Position numbers and translations under genes: made by a program. The notes beneath the pieces are model-generated. The model worked only from the letters and a program-made list of their open reading frames with translations, ran no database searches and was not told the origin of the DNA. DNA of 64,000 bases from Basidiobolus meristosporus CBS 931.73 (taxonomy: Eukaryota > Fungi > Basidiobolomycota), in contig MCFE01000082.1 of assembly GCA_002104905.1 (NCBI GenBank), positions 115,214 to 179,213 on the forward strand. The letters run 5' to 3'. This document shows positions 11,815-24,638 of the stretch, one piece after another. Numbering within the stretch: the first letter of the stretch is position 1; each line of letters starts with the position of its first letter.

Positions 11815-14322
11815 CTACATGTGGGTTACATTCATCCTCTCGTTCTCCATTTCGAAGAGCTGCCAGAAAATGAAGCCGATCCAAGAAAGGATCACAAAAC
11901 TAAGTATCACCTAAAGGTTTTGTAATTAGTTTTCTTTTCAAGCACCCAAGTACTCTGGATAATACAGATCTCCCAGTAAGGGAATACTAACCTTTGATAG
12001 CACGCAGCAATTCAACTTCAAATGCCAAGGGATTGCTCTTCGTCCTGAATTCTTCCTTTTGCGAGTTTGATGGATTGATTCACTTGAACTTTGCTCGTCT
12101 ACTTCCAAAAAGAAGCTTTGACTTTCTTGTTCTTCCAGAGTTCTTCGGTTGTCATACATGTTGTAGTCTTTAGAAGAGAATAGACTACTTTAGCCTCTGA
12201 AAGAGGTTGGTTGATATATTGACACAATGTTTCAAAGAAATGGGTGCAGTCCCATCAAATCTACTAGACCAAGGTTTCGGCTAATTTTAAACCAACCAGT
12301 AGGTTGCTCAAAAATATCGATAATAACATGTTTATTCGTGGTTAGATGGATACAGCCTTATAGCTGAGCACCAACTTGAGTGAGCACACTGAGACGATGG
12401 TGGTTTGAGTATTAGGAATCGTCTGAACTATGGTAATCCTGATACACCAGGCTAACGTTGGGTGTTCCAGTTCTTTCAGTGTACTGAGCGATGTTAATTT
12501 CGAGTGAAGAAATAGCAAATACGTAACTACTCACAGTGTCAATGAAAAAGCTAGCGTTCTTTAATTCTGCCATCAAGGAATCCAGATTGCTATTATTTTC
12601 ATGTACCAGGGGGCTAAGAACTGTAAGAGGTCAGGTTATAAATCAGAGTTGTCGGAGAAGACTTCAATGAAAGGCAAACCTTCTTGAGTCTTGCTTAATA
12701 TTCCCTGAATTCGTTTGAGTTCATTTTCCAAAGTTGAGCTTTTGTTTCTCTCGTCTTCTAAAGTCTTGTACAGCTTGACTTTTGAGCTCATCTGTTAAGA
12801 CTGTTAGTGACCAGAAGAGGAGGGTGTCGTTCCATTTTCGGTAGTCCGCCTACCTCAGTATTAAGGTTTCCAGATAATTTCTGGTTTTCTTTAGCAAGCT
12901 GGTCACATTTTTTCCGCAATCCACTTATCTCTTGTTTTGTCTCAGCCTTAACCTTTATGATTTTATCCTTGTACTGCTTGATTTCTAAATGCCAGCATGT
13001 TTAGCCCAATAAGTAGAGTGGGAATAGGTGATAGTATTACGAATTTGACCTTCTTTCTGTTTGGATGCCAGGCGCATAGTATTCAGAAGTTGCCTTTAGA
13101 AAATTCCTCTTAGTGTGTGGTCAAGTAATCGGGCCATATAATATACAGAAAACTACTTCTTGAGATTTTGGTTTTGGGCCTCAATAATTTCGGAATCTTC
13201 CTCTGTAGACTGGGTGAAGCTTAGTTGGGACGCGACAATAATGAAGAAGGCATGGATTGCTCACTTGTTGCGATGCATCTCTATTCTTGTGTGTGTCTGA
13301 AGGTTGATTCTTATTATACGCACTTGTGATGGAAGCCTGAGGGATCCAGATAGCTTACCTTGTGTGTGCTGGGACGCATTTAATTGTAGGCTCAAAAGGT
13401 TGGGCTGTGGTTCCAAAAACACCGGCTCCTAATAGTGTCAAAAGTATTGGCTTGACTGAGGGGCAGACATGGGTTGAATTGCAGTTACACCAACTTTATG
13501 CGTTTTGTATCTACTATCAGAAAGTCGGGCGTCTGTGTATTCATATATATCTGAACAAGGTTGGAATCATTAATAGTAAGCTTCGGTTGACCCTGACACT
13601 CAGACTAAGTACCTTTTTTTGCACTTTCCATCAACGAAATATCGTTATCGATCACAGCCATACCACTCAGAATCGCCATTAGCAAACCTATACAACCGAA
13701 ATCAACGTCAAAATTCATACTAAGCAGATGAGTGTCTTAACAGGGCCAATATGAGCACCGACCTCCCTGGGAATTTTTCTAACCATAGCACAGAGCAGAA
13801 TTAGTGTAGGTAACGTAAACAACGATTTCTTGGACTCAAATACCAGTATTGCTCGTAGTTCTTCACTGTAATTGAGATTTAGTATGTGCAACATGTCCTT
13901 AGTAGTAAGGCGCTATCGATATTTATTAGACGCTTGTTGCCAAATTGCTCAACCAAATAAAGGAACAAACCTGGGTGTCGTTTGAACCAGATTCTGACAA
14001 AAACACAGAAAGTGTACATTCGTGATGTTGCTTCTCTAAGTATTCCAGGATTAAGTTTTCTATTACTTGAACAACGAGCCTGGAGTTATTGGGTAGGCTA
14101 GGATTCTCGGTTACTCTTGTCGAAGGGATCTTGTCTTTAAGTAGGTGATATATACGTGCTCTCAATTCAGCCTAAAAGTCACAGCATTGAGCTATTTCAT
14201 CTTTTGGTATTCTCGATTTATCCGAAGAAAGTGTACAATCATAAAACCTTTAAATCTTGCACTAAACCTTTTTTCCGTAAAGAGGTCTCTAGTGCTTCCC
14301 TGAATTGATCGTTAGTTGACAT
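11815..14322 (-). CDS. TOF-LisH (FOP/FOR20/OFD1-type) N-terminal domain + coiled-coil protein, possibly with C-terminal transmembrane helix; middle exons unresolved
   Basis: Spliced N-terminus MSTNDQFREALETSLRKKGLVQDLK|AELRARIYHLL...IENLILEYLEKQHHECTLSVFLSESGS..|RLTTKDMLHILNL matches the FOP/OFD1 LisH pattern. Coiled-coil exons lie at ~12540-13000. A final in-phase exon VILSFVILSWIGFIFWQLF ends at stop 11815. A continuous frame through 12160-12480 and 13010-13700 could not be built by eye. Confidence 0.55.
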
Positions 14323-14487
14323 AATAATATAGAGCGTTTAGAGAGCAATTACCCAGCCCATTTTGCTTCATACAAATGTTTATTCCATTGCTCAGTAATT
14401 ATTAATTGATTGATCAAGCTGATTGGTCCAGAGCGAGTTGGCGTGAATAATGGCTACTGGGTTACGGGCTTCCAGGTGTGATTGTTG

Positions 14488-16180
14488 CTAGCGGTAAATG
14501 AATTTAACATTGGAAGAAGACAAAAGCCCATCCATTTCTGTAACGCTGTAGCCGAAGAGGGTACAAATCTCATCATAATGGTGTTTTCCGTTGAGTAATC
14601 TGGTAGAAAGATAGGTTGAGGTTAATCACTGGATCGACTCGCAGTAAAGGCAAATACGTGTAAAGAATACCGTCGGATTGATTGTGGAAGGTTGCATCGA
14701 CGATCATCAACTAATACTGGATATTTCTGTACCCGAAACAGAAATCCTTTAATAACGCCGAAGGATACAAATCGTCTGATGGAGATGTTAACGTAGTCCA
14801 GCTTGGTTAATTCGATATTGGAGCGGCTCTCACCTGACGTCGATCCCTAGCTCTTCGACTTTATTCTCTATTACCCATTCTTTCAAAGGAAGTCCATGCT
14901 TTAGGGAGCAATACAGCGAGAAGATCTTTGGGAAAAGTGGTCCTATTGTTTCTAACAAAGGGTTCATACCTATACAAATGGTTAAATGTGTGAAGCATGC
15001 ATATTAAGTAACAATCATCCTACCAGGCTTTACTACATACGAAAGGCATTCGTTCTGCCAGCTTTCATATTCTATTAAGCGTCGAACGCTGGGCTTAACC
15101 GAGTAGATGTTGGAGAACTAACGAGGCAATTAGTAGTTGACATACACTTGATACTCTAGATGTCAGAAATTACCTGAAATATATCCACCATCATGATGCA
15201 GCCGTAGTATCTAGTTTGAGAGGTGTTTAAGCTGTACCGCAATGTAGAAATATTGGTGTGCAATGTGTACTTACAAGAGGTGCTCCATGCATTTTCTGGC
15301 CATGCCATAATCTACATCAGCCATCTCAGCAATCCTCTTGACGTGGTTGATCCCATTGATATGCCTGATCACCTGGTAACCAAGGGTTTGTTAGGCTCGT
15401 TCTTGCACACCAAAAGAGTAGGATATATTCTAATGTAAAACCTTTTGCATCGTCATATCCCAGGCCAGATCAGCCACGGTTTCTAAATTCACGGTGCACA
15501 CAGGAACCTGGTAATCCGCAACAGTTGGTGGGTTTGGGTACGTTGGAAAAAGTTTGAGATTTATCGTGTTCGCAGCATCTAAACATTTCCAAGTCCATTA
15601 GAATCCTTGCCTGCAAAACAGGGAATTACCGTGAACTCACTGATGGGTATCTGGCATTCGCAGTAGTTATTAAGATCTTCCATGAGCTGCTCTATGATAC
15701 CCTGTAGGCTTTGTTTCGCCTTGGAATCGTGTAAAAATTCGCTTTCTACCTATTCAGATCTTTGGTCAAGATGCATGTAAAACTCTAGGAGGATTCCATA
15801 TTCCATCAAACTTTACGTACTTCCAAGGCTCTTAGAACTCCTGCCATTTTCTTGACTACTGGCTCGTAGCTGCAGGTGTCGGCATCACGGTCGAAAACGA
15901 AGCAAAGGTTGAACATAAGAGCATTCCGTTCATACTTTCTGTCCTCGATGGTCACTGGATAACCGACAACCTTGCTAGAGGCTGTGGTGATACTAACTTT
16001 CCTTCCACATAGGGCAGCCTTCGGAATTATAAACTCAGAGATTGCATCAAAGTCAATCAGCTGTATCTCTTTCGAAGTAATGGAGCCTTCTGGCACCTCG
16101 AATAACACCTTTGGTCCCTGAACCGGGTGAAATTCTGAATAAAATATAGAGAGCAGTCGAGGAAACCCCTGCTGCTCCAT
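14488..16180 (-). CDS. NPR2: GATOR1/SEACIT subunit Npr2 (NPRL2), multi-exon
   Basis: MEQQGFPRLLSIFYSEFHPVQGPKVLFEVPEG...FIIPKAALCG...YERNALMFNLCFVF; downstream exons RFVSFGVIKGFLFRVQKYP and terminal VKFIYR*. Confidence 0.92.
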
Positions 16181-17277
16181 GGTTTTGGATTGACCAGACG
16201 AAGTTATCAAGAAGGATGACAATATATGGCCTAATTGTACTAGCATTTGATCTCATCTAAACATTCCCTTCAGCACTAGCATACCCGATCAAACCTTGAA
16301 TTGAAAGTTGATTAAGTCTAATCATGTCTCATGAACCTGGTGGTGTTTGCCATTACAACTGAAACCACCTCTAGGACCCGCCAGCCAATCATCGGGCACT
16401 CTCCAAAAATGACTTCAATCCTTCAATTAACAGCGGTTGAGGTGGATGAAGTTGACAAAAGCATATAATCAGTAAGACTCGGAATATTTGGTGGCAGCAG
16501 GTCCAATTCGTAAAGCACCATTTGGTGGATTTCCAAGTAAGGAAATGAGATCACGACGTAGACTATTGATTGACTGTGCGATATTCCACCAATAGACGAA
16601 CAGCCTCCCAATTGAAACTGGATGGCTGGAAATGGCTCGAGGTCAGGTATGATTAGCCTGGCTGGTGCCGATCAATACATGGTCAACTCCACTTATTCCG
16701 GATGCGGCACATTCACCAAGTAGGAAATAGGCAGATTGACTGAAAAGCAGAGATGGGATTAAATAAAATCAGCTTAGATGAGCTACATTTGCCGCACAGA
16801 TTAGCCTAATAGGTAAAGGCGCAGGAGAGCTCTACATAATAGGCCAGAATATTCTTTTTATGCTCTTCTCAAGTATGCATAGCTTCGATGGTTGGCGAAA
16901 TCACAAATGGTCCGTTTTTCCCGACTTCCGTGATTTGTGATGCGACCTATGGCTGGTAGGAATGGTATGATTTTATCTTTTTGGGAATTGGCGGAGGGGA
17001 ATACATATGGTACATGTGCAATTTGTCAATGCTCTAACTATATTACTTGACCCTTCTTGATAGTCAGATTGCTAGATGTTTACGTGGTTAAAACAAATAG
17101 GCTCAACGTACGACTCAGGCTTGGTGAATAAGCATAAGGAATATCAAAAATATGGTATGCTGGAAGTGATTAAAAGGTTGATAGTAGGCTAGAGGATTTT
17201 TACAATGTGTAAAGAGAAAGCACAAGTGGTCGGAAGCAAAGTTGATGAGATGGTAAAAGTATGATTGAAGGGCCTGG

Positions 17278-18045
17278 TTATACGTCCTCCAATGGGTTGC
17301 CTTCGGTGGTTGGGACGCCGTGCAATCTAAGATGCCTTCTGAGGTTAGACTCTACGGAGAATCGCTTATTACATCCCTCATAGACGCAGATAAATGGTTT
17401 TTCTCCTGTGTGTGTATACATATGCGTTCTTAATGAACTAGGGCGGGAAAACCGTTTTTGACAAATCTCACAGATATGCCTTCGATTGTCGGTGCTCCGA
17501 GACAAAGCCATGAACACCGGCCCTTTGTAATACTCAGCAACTCGCTCCTCCCCGGGTTCATTGTCAGAAGACGAACGTGAGCTTGTTGTGGTGGGTTTCG
17601 ATTTTTCTAGGATTGCGACGGGATTCACAAATAGTGAGGCATCTGGTTTGGAAATGTCAATAGCCGAGGCTGCTTGAAAAGCGGAGGGATCTGCAAATGT
17701 TAATTGCTTTATACAAGATTTTGAATAGGGCTGGGCTTGTTCGGTATGATGCGAAAAACTCGGGACCAGATGGGGCTGAGACCCCCTTTCGACCGAAGAG
17801 AGATATGAGTTCGCCAGTTTCTTGTCTAGGCCAGCACGCCAATAGTGTAATGAGTCTGTTTGTACACGTGGCTCTAAGACGGGAAGCTTACTTCTCTGAG
17901 TGTCTTCGAAAGTCAGAGAATCCGCATTCCATTTCACCTCTTGCGATTGATTGTACGAAAAATGGTTTTCAGCAACAGTGTGGGATTCTCTTATATGTGG
18001 AAGCGGAACGCAGTCGTTATTCATGGACATTAAAGGATTAGGCAC
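17278..18045 (-). CDS. Two-finger C2H2 zinc-finger transcription factor (Nrg1-like finger pair)
   Basis: HICEICQKRFSRPSSLRTHMYTHTGEKPFICVYEGCNKRFSVESNLRRHLRLH at the C-terminus of an intronless 255-aa ORF. Confidence 0.9.
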   Translation of the reverse strand: MPNPLMSMNNDCVPLPHIRESHTVAENHFSYNQSQEVKWNADSLTFEDTQRSKLPVLEPRVQTDSLHYWRAGLDKKLANSYLSSVERGSQPHLVPSFSHHTEQAQPYSKSCIKQLTFADPSAFQAASAIDISKPDASLFVNPVAILEKSKPTTTSSRSSSDNEPGEERVAEYYKGPVFMALSRSTDNRRHICEICQKRFSRPSSLRTHMYTHTGEKPFICVYEGCNKRFSVESNLRRHLRLHGVPTTEGNPLEDV

Positions 18046-20379
18046 TTAGTAAAATGATATCGGTTAAAGAAGTTACCAGGCGGGGTGAAGGGATATAAAA
18101 TTGTGCTTTAGGGAAGAAATGAATGAGAAGCTTTTCAGTAAATCGATATAAATATCCGGAAAATCAATCTTGACCGGCTAAGAACAAAGGACAGATTCGT
18201 ACTATTTGATCAAATGAGTGGGTGGAAGATCAAAAAGGTGACAACTCCACCCTAAGGGTATCAGATCATCATGAATGGATGATCCACTTTCTCAATCCTG
18301 GTCACAACAGGTTCTCAGAAAGCCGAATACAGTGTTGAGGTTTCCTAAGCACAAGACTCTCATGAGGTTCCCATAGCCGCGGGCTGACTAGTAGGAGCAA
18401 GCTGATGCGAACAGGAAGCGTCAAACGGCACACATTGCGAAATGGATTGGTGAACATTTGGCTGCATAATTGTTTGGTATGAATGGGCGTTTTGCTGTGA
18501 CAGAGGATGGATATATTCAATTGCCACAGTGTGTTACAGATCTCTAATTTACCCACTAGAATCGACAGTACTTTGGGGACAGAAACTTCCACAATATCAC
18601 AATTCTTCTCTTTATGTAGTAACCTTGTCCACATGAATAAGCTTCGAGTCAACCTAGCTGCACTACTTCGAATCCTCACATAAAATCATTCTATCGACAC
18701 ACTAACTAGATTTCTCTTCACTCCATTCGTTTCAGATATGTCTAGCGGCCTCCGATCAGACACTCTTCAGGATCGACGACTTGTTAAAACATCGTAATTG
18801 AAGATGACTGTTACCAATTTAGTCAATGCAGTGGCCAACTCTACAGTTTCCTAACTTCGCCCTAATTTAATTACCCGTAATATCGGGTACACACAGTGAT
18901 GATATATCTTAAGACTAGCCAAGCGTATGACAGACCAAGTCTAGATTTAATATGGGTTGATTTAATTTAATATATACTTTTTGACAATCCTATATCTTCA
19001 GTGGTCATATTTGTCTTACAGGATCTACCATTCTGCTATAGAGTGCATGTCCCTGTAGGCCCATGATAGAACACAGAGATGGTACGTAACAGATATGTGC
19101 TAGAGGGAACGATAGGGCTGAAACCTGAAATGAAGTTTCGAGTGTTGGTGCTTGTATCAAATATTCGTGGCTTGTGGTTTGTGTAAGATTCTGGTAGTAT
19201 TTGCGGGCAAATCTGTGGTGCACATCGAGTGACGAGCCCTTGCAGATATGGTGCTGAATCTCAGTACTACTTGATAACCTATTAGACAATTATTGCTCAG
19301 CCCGTTAATTGGCTTTGCTATAATGCATGTGTAAGCAGTACTTCTTTCTGATCTCTCTGCATCAATAATGGTTAGAGAAAAGGCTCTCCCGTGATAAGGA
19401 AGAGGCTGCTCACGAGCGCCCACATATTGAATCCGACTTCATTTGGCACCACTCTGGTTCGCCCTCTTCTATCGTGCAATTTGGTGGTGTGTAATTGCCC
19501 ACAGAAATGTTTGTGTTTGGGAGATGATAGGCGATCTCAATCTCGATTGTATTGTTTACCATATTGATGCTTCCATGATAAACTCGAGGTTGCACATAGC
19601 GGCGAATCCTCCCCATAGCTACTCATATCCCTGAACCTGGGCCTGGCTTTACGTTCTCATGGAAAATAAAAACGAGTTTTTGCGCAAATATGTGGGGTTT
19701 GTCCTAATATAACCTTTACTTGTTTCGCGATGAGATTTGAGTAATGAATCTTGACCAAATTTGGTAAGAATTCCAAATTGGGCCCATTTCCTTGAGCACC
19801 TTTACCAGCCTATATTCTCCATCATCATTCATTGAGTTTACGCAACTCATATAAAGTCCAGCCCAAATTGAGACTTCCATATATTGGTGTATGCCACAAC
19901 CGGATAGGTCTTTAACATTTCTGAATATATAATGGAATTCATAAGAGCACCCTAACTTCGAAGGCTTCGTTTGTATCAGCATTCGATTTAATCGAAATTC
20001 TTCCCTTTCAAAGGAAATGATGTAAACATATCGAATATCGAGATGGCCGCGCAAATCAGCTTCCAGAATACACTTTACATACTTGGGTTAGAATGGAACA
20101 AACAGAGTACTGTGGAATCTCCAAACTTATTTTCACTTCTCGCTACCTGCTTAAATTACTCAACCTTGCTCGAGGAAAAGGGCCGTCAATTTTGCTACTC
20201 TTTAAGTCGCGAAAATACCCTGCATATTATCACCAATGCTATTACGAATGTCAGTTACAGAATTGGGATTACAGTCGCCATGTGCCATACATGGATCAAA
20301 TACATGGAGGTACATCGCATACATACAGGTGTAGATAGCAGCGAGAACATGCTCTGTTGTATAAATGCAGACTAGGGAT

Positions 20380-21702
20380 TCAGTAGCCTTCATGATGTAA
20401 ACGCGTTGCGACTCGTAGGAAAAAGTCAATGGCGTCAAACCGAGTTTGCCCAATCATGCTTATTCTAAACCTACTATTCAGATCCCAATGGTTTGCATCA
20501 ATGGTTTCGACATATTGACCCCAGCGTGCGGATCCTAGGCTAACAAGGCCATCGTTAATGCCTTCCTGATCCATAATGACACTTCGGGTGAACCACAAGG
20601 GTGATACCCAGGGGATTGATTTTGCTTGAGCTCCGTATGAGAAGTATGCGACATCTGGAGAGTCTGGAGTATTGGGGTTGAAATATTTTCGACAATAGTC
20701 TGTAGTAAGATTGGCATATGCTGGTTCATCAAGGAGGAAGCTGACCCAACCAAGGTTGGGAAGAAACCCCGGGGGGTATGTGGGGTTGGATGGTGCAAGA
20801 TATTTGATGTATGAGCGCTCCTTCTTAATCCGGTCGGGGTAAACGGTCCGAGTAACATCACCAAGAGAAACAAACCCAACACCAAACTGATCTCGACACC
20901 AGTCCATAAACGGACTGCCTCGATGAGGCGTACACAGTGTGGTTAGAGATTTTACTTTATATTTTTGCGGCTTTAAATGTGTGATGAGGTATCGGCAATC
21001 CAAGCCACCCTGCCAATGTTTGTTTGTCAATGATGGTTTATGTATGAATACACCAGTGCATTTACCATAGAATGAGCCACCAAGTTAACACTACCCCCGG
21101 CAGCAACCAACTCTAATTGGCGGTGTATTGCTTCGGCACGGTTCCGAATATCTCCTGTTCTACAAGTGCCATTAAGTATCTCGAGCCAGTACATAATACG
21201 AGATATTAGTCTCATTACCTGGAAACTCCGGTAATGATGACTTGAGCTCCCAATCTCTCGAGTGCCTCCTTAATGCCTTTCCAGTAGTGTACCTGAAGGA
21301 ATGGTAAGGAGTCTGGGCCTGCGATTTTCGATGTAAGCACTTCATCGTGGGTCATGATATTAAAAACAAATAGTGACCTAACTTGTCAAATCCGTAAAGC
21401 CCTATTTACGATTGACATTATATTCCGATCTTTTGTACTAGCTTTAGCTGTAACAAAGGCTTACCATGACACAAAACTATTGGATAACGTGGAGCGATAT
21501 ATCTAGGTTTAATAGGAATATGTTCAACAAGATTGTGAATTGTTTGCGGTCGAGAGCCTTTATGAGCAGTATATATTGCGGTCGATGAAACTTGGGCGAA
21601 TACTTTTGATTTAAAAAAAGAACAAGTCAAGGGAATATTCGAGCTCAATGAATGCAAAATATTTCGCAACCGAGATGTAAGTGAGTATAAAGGGGTGTTC
21701 AT
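20380..21702 (-). CDS. Tgl2-like triacylglycerol lipase (alpha/beta hydrolase), spliced
   Basis: RYPIVLCHG oxyanion motif; nucleophile elbow VNLVAHSM|GGLD split by an intron; TPHRGSP, NDGLVS, NHWDL. Confidence 0.88.
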
Positions 21703-23243
21703 TTGGGTACGGACCAACTCGAGCCAAACTGCACGATCCTCGATAATGGTCGGTCAGATTTCAATCGCTCCAAAGAATGCTCGGGAAGTATATATAGATC
21801 CTACCTCTGCCCTGAAAGTATATATTTCAACTCAAGTGATGGTTATCAAGTGTATTATACAACTCAATACAACATCAGCAATTCAGAATGTCATGAAACC
21901 TGGCAGCATGATACTATGAATCAGCGATTCCTGTGACATGCGACAGATCGAATCTAACCAGTAATAACTCCATTAACTCTAGTACTCTAATCACCAAGAT
22001 TATATCATCATGGTCACATGTTAATATGAGCCAGCAAAGTTCTACATCATGTAGGCTACTGTCACGTCATCTCACATATATGTAGATACACCAGCTGCTG
22101 ACTAGGTCTTGTACTCGCAGAACAAACCAAGAGTATCTTGCCAAGGCCATTGAACATTCCATGCTGTGCGAGCCCACCAGTGCAAAGTACCTCTCTCCAC
22201 TTTTGGACTGGCGCAATAAACCAATCTGCGAGAAATCTCGAGGTGGTATTATATGATTCACTGCTGCATATTCACATTTGCCCCTTCTCGGACATTAACA
22301 ATGACTCGACCCATCGAACCATTTGCCCATTTGTGCCCGTACATAACCTCATCCATGATGTGGGCCACACATTCCCGACTGACTTCACAGACTTCTACAC
22401 CTTGAGCTATTTTCAATTGATTAACTACGTATTGGGCCTATATCAATACACTCGAAAACAAAATACCTCAATCTTGGTATATACCTGAATGGATGATACT
22501 ACTGGCCTATGTATTGGCTCTGATGCATACCTCCTCTCAAACGAGCCCATGATCTATTAATGAGAATCTGATCTCAGACTAGACTTCATTATGAGGCCTT
22601 CCCGATTACTGTATCCTGATTTAGAGTATTTTCATTAGAAGCAGACAGAGGTAGAGAAAAGTAAAATGGAAGGGCAAAAATCTGGTTGTCCAAAATCATC
22701 CACAACATGCTAAGATGGCCTGAGAAGATACAACAGAGCCCGCGGTTCATTCTGCTTGGTCTTATTCAGGTCATTGATAGAATAGGCTAAAGTCACGTGA
22801 TTTTGAGGTACTCCACAAAGAGCTTATATTAGATTCCGGTGTCCAAAATTAGAATTTGCATTAGGTCATAGGAGACCAATATCTCGACATCATACCTTAA
22901 TTTTTAACAAATCTATGAAATGGCTTAATGACTCATAGGCCTTAACTGGGATTCTAGTCCATTTCCTTCCATCAATATGTATATTTAAATAAGCATATGA
23001 TCGTATTGTTCAGGAAACCTGCATTAAATAGCATAAATTGTAGATAGTTCCAAATTACATGAGACTTAGTCTAGGTATGTAAAGTACTATGCGAAGCAAT
23101 AAGACCAAGGTATGGTTGAGAAATTCTAATTGGAATTTCTTCAGCTATATTGTTATTAGCATTAATAGAAATGTTGGAAATATTCAGTAAGCCGTTGAAT
23201 TCTCCCCTCTCCTCTTAGATTCCTAAATATCTACACCAAGGCT

Positions 23244-24638
23244 ATGTTGTATGCCTATTTTGCTGCTGGTATAGCGTCAATAGGAGGTTTGCTTTTTGGT
23301 TACGATGTTGGCGTTATAAGTGGCGTGCTGGACATGGAGGCATTCCACATTCAATTTCAGTATACCAGCGCCTTTTCGAAAGGCTTCATTGTGAGTAGCT
23401 TGACACTAGGCTGCTTCGTAGGCTCTCTAGCCGCTTATTTCGTAGCGGACTTTTATGGGCGTCGTTTTAGTATCATATGTGGGGGGATCATATTCACCAT
23501 AGGAGGAGTAGTACAAACTAGCGCGTTTTCCCTTGGTCAGCTGTACGCAGGAAGAATTCTCTCGGGCTTGGCTATTGGTGTGCTGTCCATGACGGTGCCG
23601 CTATACCAGTCGGAGATCGCACCGAAACATATAAGAGGAAGCCTAGTTGGATTTCACCAGCTCGCCATTACATTTGGAATCCTTGTGAGTTTTTTTGTGA
23701 ATTATGGCAGTAGTTTTCTAAGCGGAAATATTACCTGGCGCCTGCCTTTGGCAATGCAAATAGCTCCCTCGGTTGTTCTGGTGTTTTGCATGCTGTTTCT
23801 ACCCAAGACACCTCGCTGGTTAGTATCTCAAGGACGTAAAGACGAAGCTTTGAAGGTGTTAAAGAAGATTTGTCTTACTCCTGACGACGAACTGATAGAG
23901 ATAGAATTGAACATTCAATTTGAACGAGAGATAGGCCCTGGCTCTTGGAGTGAATTATTGGGACCCAATCTTTTTATTCGACTGCTAATAGGTGTATCGA
24001 TCCAAGCATTCCAACAACTAACTGGTATCAATGCAATCATGTATTATGCACCCTTAATCCTTCATTCCCTTGGGTTCGGGGACTCCGGGGCACGTCTACT
24101 AGCTACTGCCTTAAATGGAGTGGTCAACTTCGTGTTTACCATTCCATGTATTATCTTTCTAGACAAGCTGGGAAGAAGGATATTGCTACTTGTTGGCTCA
24201 ATCGTCATGGCAATCACTATGAGTGTACTCGCAGCCATATTTGCCGTGTATACACCAACGGACCCACAGCAGCAGACATACAGTTATGCATGCCTAGCCA
24301 TCATCTTCTGTTTTGTAGCAGTCTTTGCATTCACGTGGGGACCAATTGGCTGGGTCTACCCAAGCGAGATATATCCGAATAGAGTTCGTGCCAAATGTTT
24401 GAGCATAACCACCGCAACAAACTGGACTTTTAATTTTCTGGTAGGTTTAATTGTGCCTAAATTGATGGAATCCATCAAGTGGGGTCTATACGGGATCTTT
24501 GCCTTGTTCGGATTGATCATGTTCACCAATGTCTTCTTCTTCGTCCCCGAGACGAAGGGGCTTAGCCTTGAGGAGATTGATCAAATGTTCGACTACAAGC
24601 GCAATGGAAAACCTTACAGAAGAAGCTTTCTCCACTAG
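23244..24638 (+). CDS. MFS sugar porter (hexose transporter family)
   Basis: GGLLFGYDVG, DFYGRR, PLYQSEIAP, PKTPRWL, QQLTGIN, DKLGRR, YPSEIYP, PETKG; intronless, 464 aa. Confidence 0.96.
   Translation: MLYAYFAAGIASIGGLLFGYDVGVISGVLDMEAFHIQFQYTSAFSKGFIVSSLTLGCFVGSLAAYFVADFYGRRFSIICGGIIFTIGGVVQTSAFSLGQLYAGRILSGLAIGVLSMTVPLYQSEIAPKHIRGSLVGFHQLAITFGILVSFFVNYGSSFLSGNITWRLPLAMQIAPSVVLVFCMLFLPKTPRWLVSQGRKDEALKVLKKICLTPDDELIEIELNIQFEREIGPGSWSELLGPNLFIRLLIGVSIQAFQQLTGINAIMYYAPLILHSLGFGDSGARLLATALNGVVNFVFTIPCIIFLDKLGRRILLLVGSIVMAITMSVLAAIFAVYTPTDPQQQTYSYACLAIIFCFVAVFAFTWGPIGWVYPSEIYPNRVRAKCLSITTATNWTFNFLVGLIVPKLMESIKWGLYGIFALFGLIMFTNVFFFVPETKGLSLEEIDQMFDYKRNGKPYRRSFLH

Noticed and set aside
14761-14768. 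GTATCCTT on the minus strand as a U12-type intron donor
   Set aside because: Falls within the coding exon RFVSFGVIKG of NPR2.
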